Origin: a virus
Lineage: Duplodnaviria > Heunggongvirae > Uroviricota > Caudoviricetes
Reading direction: 5' to 3' (one strand)
Length of the DNA stretch: 11,521 nt
IMG/VR virus record: IMGVR_UViG_2657245124_000008
Shown here one piece after another: positions 8,304 to 11,521 of this stretch; positions within the stretch are counted from its first letter, which is position 1, and every line of letters starts with the position of its first letter. The position numbers and the translations under genes were made by a program. The notes under the pieces are model-generated. The model saw only the letters and a list, made by a program, of their open reading frames with translations, made no database searches and had not been told where the DNA came from.

Positions 8304-8819
8304 TCAGAGGCCGAGGGCGTTGCGGTGCGCTTCCATCAGGTCCACACCGTCCACAATTTCCACCATGTTGATAAGGTCCACTTCATAGAGCACCTCACCA
8401 TTGATGGTCAGCTTCGCGTAGCTGTTGGTACTGGTAACTTTGGTGGTGTTGCTTTCGCCCGTCTTCCACTCGCCGGAATCCACTTCTTTGTGACGTCCAC
8501 GCACGACAAGCTCCACGGCCTGCACTTCCCCAGTATCGTCACGCTGGATAGAGCCGGTAAAGCGCAGCTGGATGCCATCCACCGTGGATTTGCCCATCTG
8601 CTTAAACAGCAGCAGTTCAGTACCACCAATGGAAAATTCTGTATCCAGTGCACTGTCATCCAGTCCCAGATCCACATCCACCGCCCCCGGCATACCGCCG
8701 CCGCGATACTTCTCATATTTGCGGGTGAATTTCGGCAGCGTCAGCGACTCAACGATCCCCTGCCAGTTGTTCCCGTCGTTAAACAAGTTCAGATGTTTTA
8801 ATTTGCGTGGTAAAGCCAT
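8304..8819 (-). CDS. FII: tail tube protein (gpFII-like, 171 aa)
   Basis: 171-aa product similar in size and sequence to P2 FII (about 172 aa from memory), directly downstream of the sheath gene. Confidence 0.88.
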   Translation of the reverse strand: MALPRKLKHLNLFNDGNNWQGIVESLTLPKFTRKYEKYRGGGMPGAVDVDLGLDDSALDTEFSIGGTELLLFKQMGKSTVDGIQLRFTGSIQRDDTGEVQAVELVVRGRHKEVDSGEWKTGESNTTKVTSTNSYAKLTINGEVLYEVDLINMVEIVDGVDLMEAHRNALGL

Positions 8820-8828
8820 GTTGTCCCC

Positions 8829-10001
8829 TTACGCGCTGACCTGGCTGGCGAAATTCACCAGGTACTGATCGGTGATGCGCTGGCGCAGCATCAGATTTTC
8901 AAGTGGCGGCACTGGCGTGTAGTCATAGTCGATGGTGAGTTTTCCGGCTTTCAGCGTGTCTTTGTCGTTCACCGACTCATCCAGCCAGCAATCACCACCA
9001 ATGAGATACCCCTGACTGACCAGGCTGCGCATTTTGGCGCGGATACCTTCGATAATGTCGCGAGCCAGCGACGGATTCAGCGGTTTGTCCACCGCCCACA
9101 TGTGCGCTTCTGCCATCGTGTCCGTCAGTACCTGCGCGGTTCGGGTGTAGTTTTCGAAGGCAAAGAGCGGATCATCGCTCAGACAGCGGGAACCCCAGAA
9201 GCGGAAACCGTCTTTGCGGATAAGCGTGGTAACGTCGTTCTGGTTAAGCAGACCTGCATCGGTTGCCGGGTCCTGCAGATCCCAGAACACATCAGCAGAA
9301 ATTCCGGTGACACCGTTCACGCCCACGTTGGACAGGCTTTTGTGCCATCCGGTCTGCTCATCAATTTTGGCGCGCAGACCGAGCGCACGAGCAGTGGCAT
9401 ATGCCGTTGCTTCGGCATTCAGCACCGTGTCCCAGCCCGTAAAGTCAGGCCAGATCAGCATCCCTTCGCGCTGGCTGAAGTTTTCACGGTAAGTGATCGC
9501 CTCCTGTACCGTCTTGCAGCCATACGCTGACAGGTAAGCAAACCCACGCAGGCTTTGCGCCACGCTCAGCAACTCAGTCGCAACGGCTTTGTTATCGTGG
9601 CCTGGCACGCCGAGAATGCGCGGTTTAACGCCGAGCTGTGACTGGGCAGATAACAGAGCTTTCATGCCTGTTTTTTTACCTTCAGCAGTCACTGCGCCGA
9701 TGATATTGGTCGTGGTTTCTTCTTCCGTTTCACCCTGCGGCACACGCACAACAACGGTCACGGGTTTTGCCTGGTCAGCGATGGCATCCAGCGAACGGGC
9801 CAGAGTACCGGACTCACCCGCTTTACCGCCGGCAGTCAGCACATCAGTGATCAGCACGGGTTTATTAAGAGGAAACATTTTTGCATCGGCATCATCGCCC
9901 GTGCAGACCATACCCACGATGGCGGTGCTCACCGTGGTAATGGATCGGGTGCCTTCGTTGACTTCAACAACGCGCACCCCGTGGTGGTAATCCTGAGCCA
10001 T
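8829..10001 (-). CDS. FI: contractile tail sheath protein (gpFI-like, 390 aa)
   Basis: 390-aa product whose N-terminus ([19 protein letters not shown]...) and C-terminal [13 protein letters not shown] region match P2 FI from memory. An AGGAGG Shine-Dalgarno sits 9 nt upstream of the ATG at 10001. Confidence 0.9.
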   Translation of the reverse strand: MAQDYHHGVRVVEVNEGTRSITTVSTAIVGMVCTGDDADAKMFPLNKPVLITDVLTAGGKAGESGTLARSLDAIADQAKPVTVVVRVPQGETEEETTTNIIGAVTAEGKKTGMKALLSAQSQLGVKPRILGVPGHDNKAVATELLSVAQSLRGFAYLSAYGCKTVQEAITYRENFSQREGMLIWPDFTGWDTVLNAEATAYATARALGLRAKIDEQTGWHKSLSNVGVNGVTGISADVFWDLQDPATDAGLLNQNDVTTLIRKDGFRFWGSRCLSDDPLFAFENYTRTAQVLTDTMAEAHMWAVDKPLNPSLARDIIEGIRAKMRSLVSQGYLIGGDCWLDESVNDKDTLKAGKLTIDYDYTPVPPLENLMLRQRITDQYLVNFASQVSA

Positions 10002-10077
10002 AGTGGCGAACCTCCTGATTGGATTAGGCTTCGCCCTATGTTGAAGTGATTGTGCCTGACAAACAGCTAAGCGCAGT

Positions 10078-10095
10078 TGTACCGTTATTCATACA
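10078..10095 (-). promoter_or_regulatory. candidate Ogr-dependent late promoter element (TGT-N12-ACA) upstream of FI
   Basis: TGT (10078-10080), a 12-nt spacer, then ACA (10093-10095). The dyad centre is about 85 nt upstream of the FI ATG, which fits an activator site near -55 with a roughly 30-nt leader. The -10 region is not confidently identified. Confidence 0.45.
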
Positions 10096-10143
10096 AAATG
10101 ACGGTATTTGTCTACTTGCAGGGATAATCAAAATAATGCTGAT

Positions 10144-10566
10144 TCAGGGGGATTCATTGCTCTTATTTGCCGGAAATTTTCTATACATGGTAGAAACGCC
10201 TACATCAAAAATCAGTGCAATACGCTGTCTTGATTCTCCGGCCTCGAGTAAACGCCCAATCTGTGCCCACTGTTCGGTGGTCAACTTAGGACGGCGTCCA
10301 CCTACTCTGCCTTTAGCACGAGCTGCAGCCAGCCCTGCCCTAGTACGTTCGACAATAAACTCTCGCTCCATTTCAGCCAGGGCACCCATCACATGAAAGA
10401 AGAAGCGCCCCATAGGCGTACTCGTATCGATGCTATCCGTCAGGCTCCGGAAGTTAACACCTTTCTCCCGCAGTTCCTCCACTAACCCAACAAGATGTCG
10501 CATGCTGCGACCGAGGCGGTCACGCTTTCAGACCACCAGCGTATCGCCTTCAGATATGCATCCTTG
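10144..10566 (-). pseudogene. Pin/Hin/Gin-family serine DNA invertase, N-terminally decayed
   Basis: The 119-aa ORF (10144-10503) matches the C-terminal two-thirds of Pin/Hin-type invertases (MRHLVGLVEELREKGVNFRSLTDSIDTSTPMGRFFFHVMGALAEMERE..., with the C-terminal helix-turn-helix). Upstream in the same frame, homology continues as ...EGDTLVV*KRDRLGRSM, with a TGA (10528-10530) where the conserved Trp of GDTLVVWKLDRLGRS sits. A TAG follows at 10567-10569 and no recognisable catalytic N-terminal domain is found in any frame. Confidence 0.8.
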
Positions 10567-10666
10567 CTAAACTTAGATCGCCGGTCACCAACTAAGCATG
10601 CAGTATGCGTTATGTTTTTTATTGCTCCCAGGGTAATGTGTCCACTAACTAAACAAGGAGATAGTG

Positions 10667-11218
10667 ATGCTGCATACTATGAATTTCACGGTGCCCGTAA
10701 ATCAGTCCACCGTTAACGCTTTAATTAGCAATTGCCTTGGAGCTATCAATCAGGGGGCGACTGAGTTAAACATTTACATTTCCAGTCCGGGCGGTGACCT
10801 CGTTGCAGGTTTTACTGCTTATCACTTTCTAAAGGCCCTACCAATCCCAGTAAAGACCCATAACCTTAGCAATGTTGAATCAGTCGCTAATATCATTTTT
10901 CTTGCAGGGTCTGAACGTAAGGCGAATCCTGGGAGTCGGTTCTTACTGCATCCTTTTCACTGGGGCTTGATGGGCCCAAGCGTGGATCACTCACGCGTCA
11001 GTGAGTGGGGCGCGTGTCTCAATAATGACCTGGAGCGTTTTGTCGATATTTTGGAGAGTCAGATTGAGCTCAGTAAGAGCCGCAATGAGTGGAAGGAGGT
11101 TATCTCCGCCGCCACCATAGCCAATGCCTCCACAGCTCTGGATTGGGGGATGGTTCACGAGGTTGCCGCCGCCACTTACCCGCAGGCACCCGGCACATAC
11201 TGGTGGATTAACTGTTAA
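10667..11218 (+). CDS. stand-alone ClpP-like (S14-type) serine peptidase, about 183 aa
   Basis: AAGGAG Shine-Dalgarno (10655-10660) lies 6 nt before the ATG at 10667 (the ORF track begins at an in-frame GTG at 10664). The product aligns by eye to the ClpP core: IYISSPGG versus ClpP YINSPGG, Ser72 in ESVAN versus ClpP GQAASMG, and His95 in LLHP versus ClpP MIHQP. It lacks the ClpP N-terminal axial segment and is oriented against the late operon. Confidence 0.7.
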   Translation: MLHTMNFTVPVNQSTVNALISNCLGAINQGATELNIYISSPGGDLVAGFTAYHFLKALPIPVKTHNLSNVESVANIIFLAGSERKANPGSRFLLHPFHWGLMGPSVDHSRVSEWGACLNNDLERFVDILESQIELSKSRNEWKEVISAATIANASTALDWGMVHEVAAATYPQAPGTYWWINC

Positions 11219-11377
11219 CATAATTACCTCTCAAATTTAAATTGGGCAGAGATGCCAGCATCCAGGCTCGCGCCTGGACGATTGTCTGATGATGAAAAGT
11301 GCAGTTTAATCTGTGGCTGGATTATCTGGATGCACTGGAGCTGGTTAATACCTCCAGTGCGCCAGATATTGAATGGC

Positions 11378-11521
11378 CTACTCCTCCGGCAGTTCAGGCC
11401 AGATGACATCCGGTGCGGTGCTGGTATCTGTTGCCGTCACAGCGTCGATATAATCCAGCACAACGTTAAGTCGGGTAGTTTCTTCTTGCGTCAGTTTGCG
11501 CCCGGCCTGCAGCTTTAACTG
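11378..11521 (-). CDS. tail fibre assembly protein (gpG/Tfa-like), C-terminal 47 codons; gene continues beyond the window
   Basis: The minus-strand frame entering from the window edge is open and reads ...RKLTQEETTRLNVVLDYIDAVTATDTSTAPDVIWPELPEE, ending at a TAG (11378-11380). This resembles the conserved C-terminus of tail-fibre-assembly proteins (…D.S.AP.I.WP..P), and the position matches gene G in P2 order. Confidence 0.55.
   Translation of the reverse strand, partial: QLKLQAGRKLTQEETTRLNVVLDYIDAVTATDTSTAPDVIWPELPEE

Larger units (their letters stand above)
2856..11521 (-). mobile_element. P2-like prophage, right arm (partial; continues past the window end)
   Basis: Contiguous minus-strand genes in canonical P2 order: ogr, D, U, T, E/E+E', FII, FI, then a tail-fibre-assembly C-terminus. 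Each product is recognisably P2-type. The exact phage/host boundary lies somewhere in 2621-2855 and cannot be fixed without the other prophage end. Confidence 0.85.

Noticed and set aside
8325-9990. Plus-strand and alternative-frame ORFs within FII and FI (for example 8325-8801, 8408-8716, 9102-9530, 9589-9990)
   Set aside because: They are antisense to, or out of frame with, the tail tube and sheath genes, which are strongly supported by size, sequence and synteny.
10046-10716. Plus-strand ORFs 10046-10396 (116 aa) and 10495-10716 (73 aa)
   Set aside because: The first is antisense to the invertase remnant. The second spans the invertase/peptidase intergenic region out of frame with the peptidase gene and has no ribosome-binding site. 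Neither product resembles anything I recognise.
11219-11377. Small inverted repeat TCCAGGC/GCCTGGA (11261-11278) between the convergent peptidase and Tfa genes as a terminator
   Set aside because: The stem is short and has no flanking T-run on either strand, so it is not a convincing intrinsic terminator. Termination here may be Rho-dependent or use a structure I cannot resolve by eye.
11224-11518. ORFs 11224-11409 (minus, 61 aa) and 11252-11518 (plus, 88 aa) at the window end
   Set aside because: Both overlap the Tfa-like C-terminal frame (ending 11378) in other frames or on the other strand. Their products are Trp/Cys/Arg-rich and look like translation of non-coding frames.
1-11521. Looked for CRISPR arrays, tRNA/tmRNA genes, rRNA and IS-element inverted repeats
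   Set aside because: No regularly spaced direct repeats, no cloverleaf-like tRNA candidates next to the prophage junction, and no transposase-like ORF were seen. The only recombinase is the decayed invertase.

Overview
This window covers a chromosomal grxA–ybjM–ybjL locus of E. coli type (1–2620), followed by the right arm of a P2-like prophage inserted just downstream of ybjL. The prophage genes run on the minus strand in canonical P2 order: ogr, then the tail operon D–U–T–E/E+E'–FII–FI, with the E/E' -1 frameshift site (TTTTTTG) directly visible. Between FI and a partial tail-fibre-assembly (G-like) gene at the window edge lies a ~1.4 kb cargo island, at the position where P2 carries its accessory gene Z/fun (from memory). 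It holds a decayed Pin/Hin-family invertase and an intact, oppositely oriented, stand-alone ClpP-like serine peptidase gene. That peptidase is my best candidate for an undescribed phage-borne accessory or anti-phage function. All identifications rest on reading the translations and on gene order; no database search was possible, and quoted P2 protein sizes are from memory.
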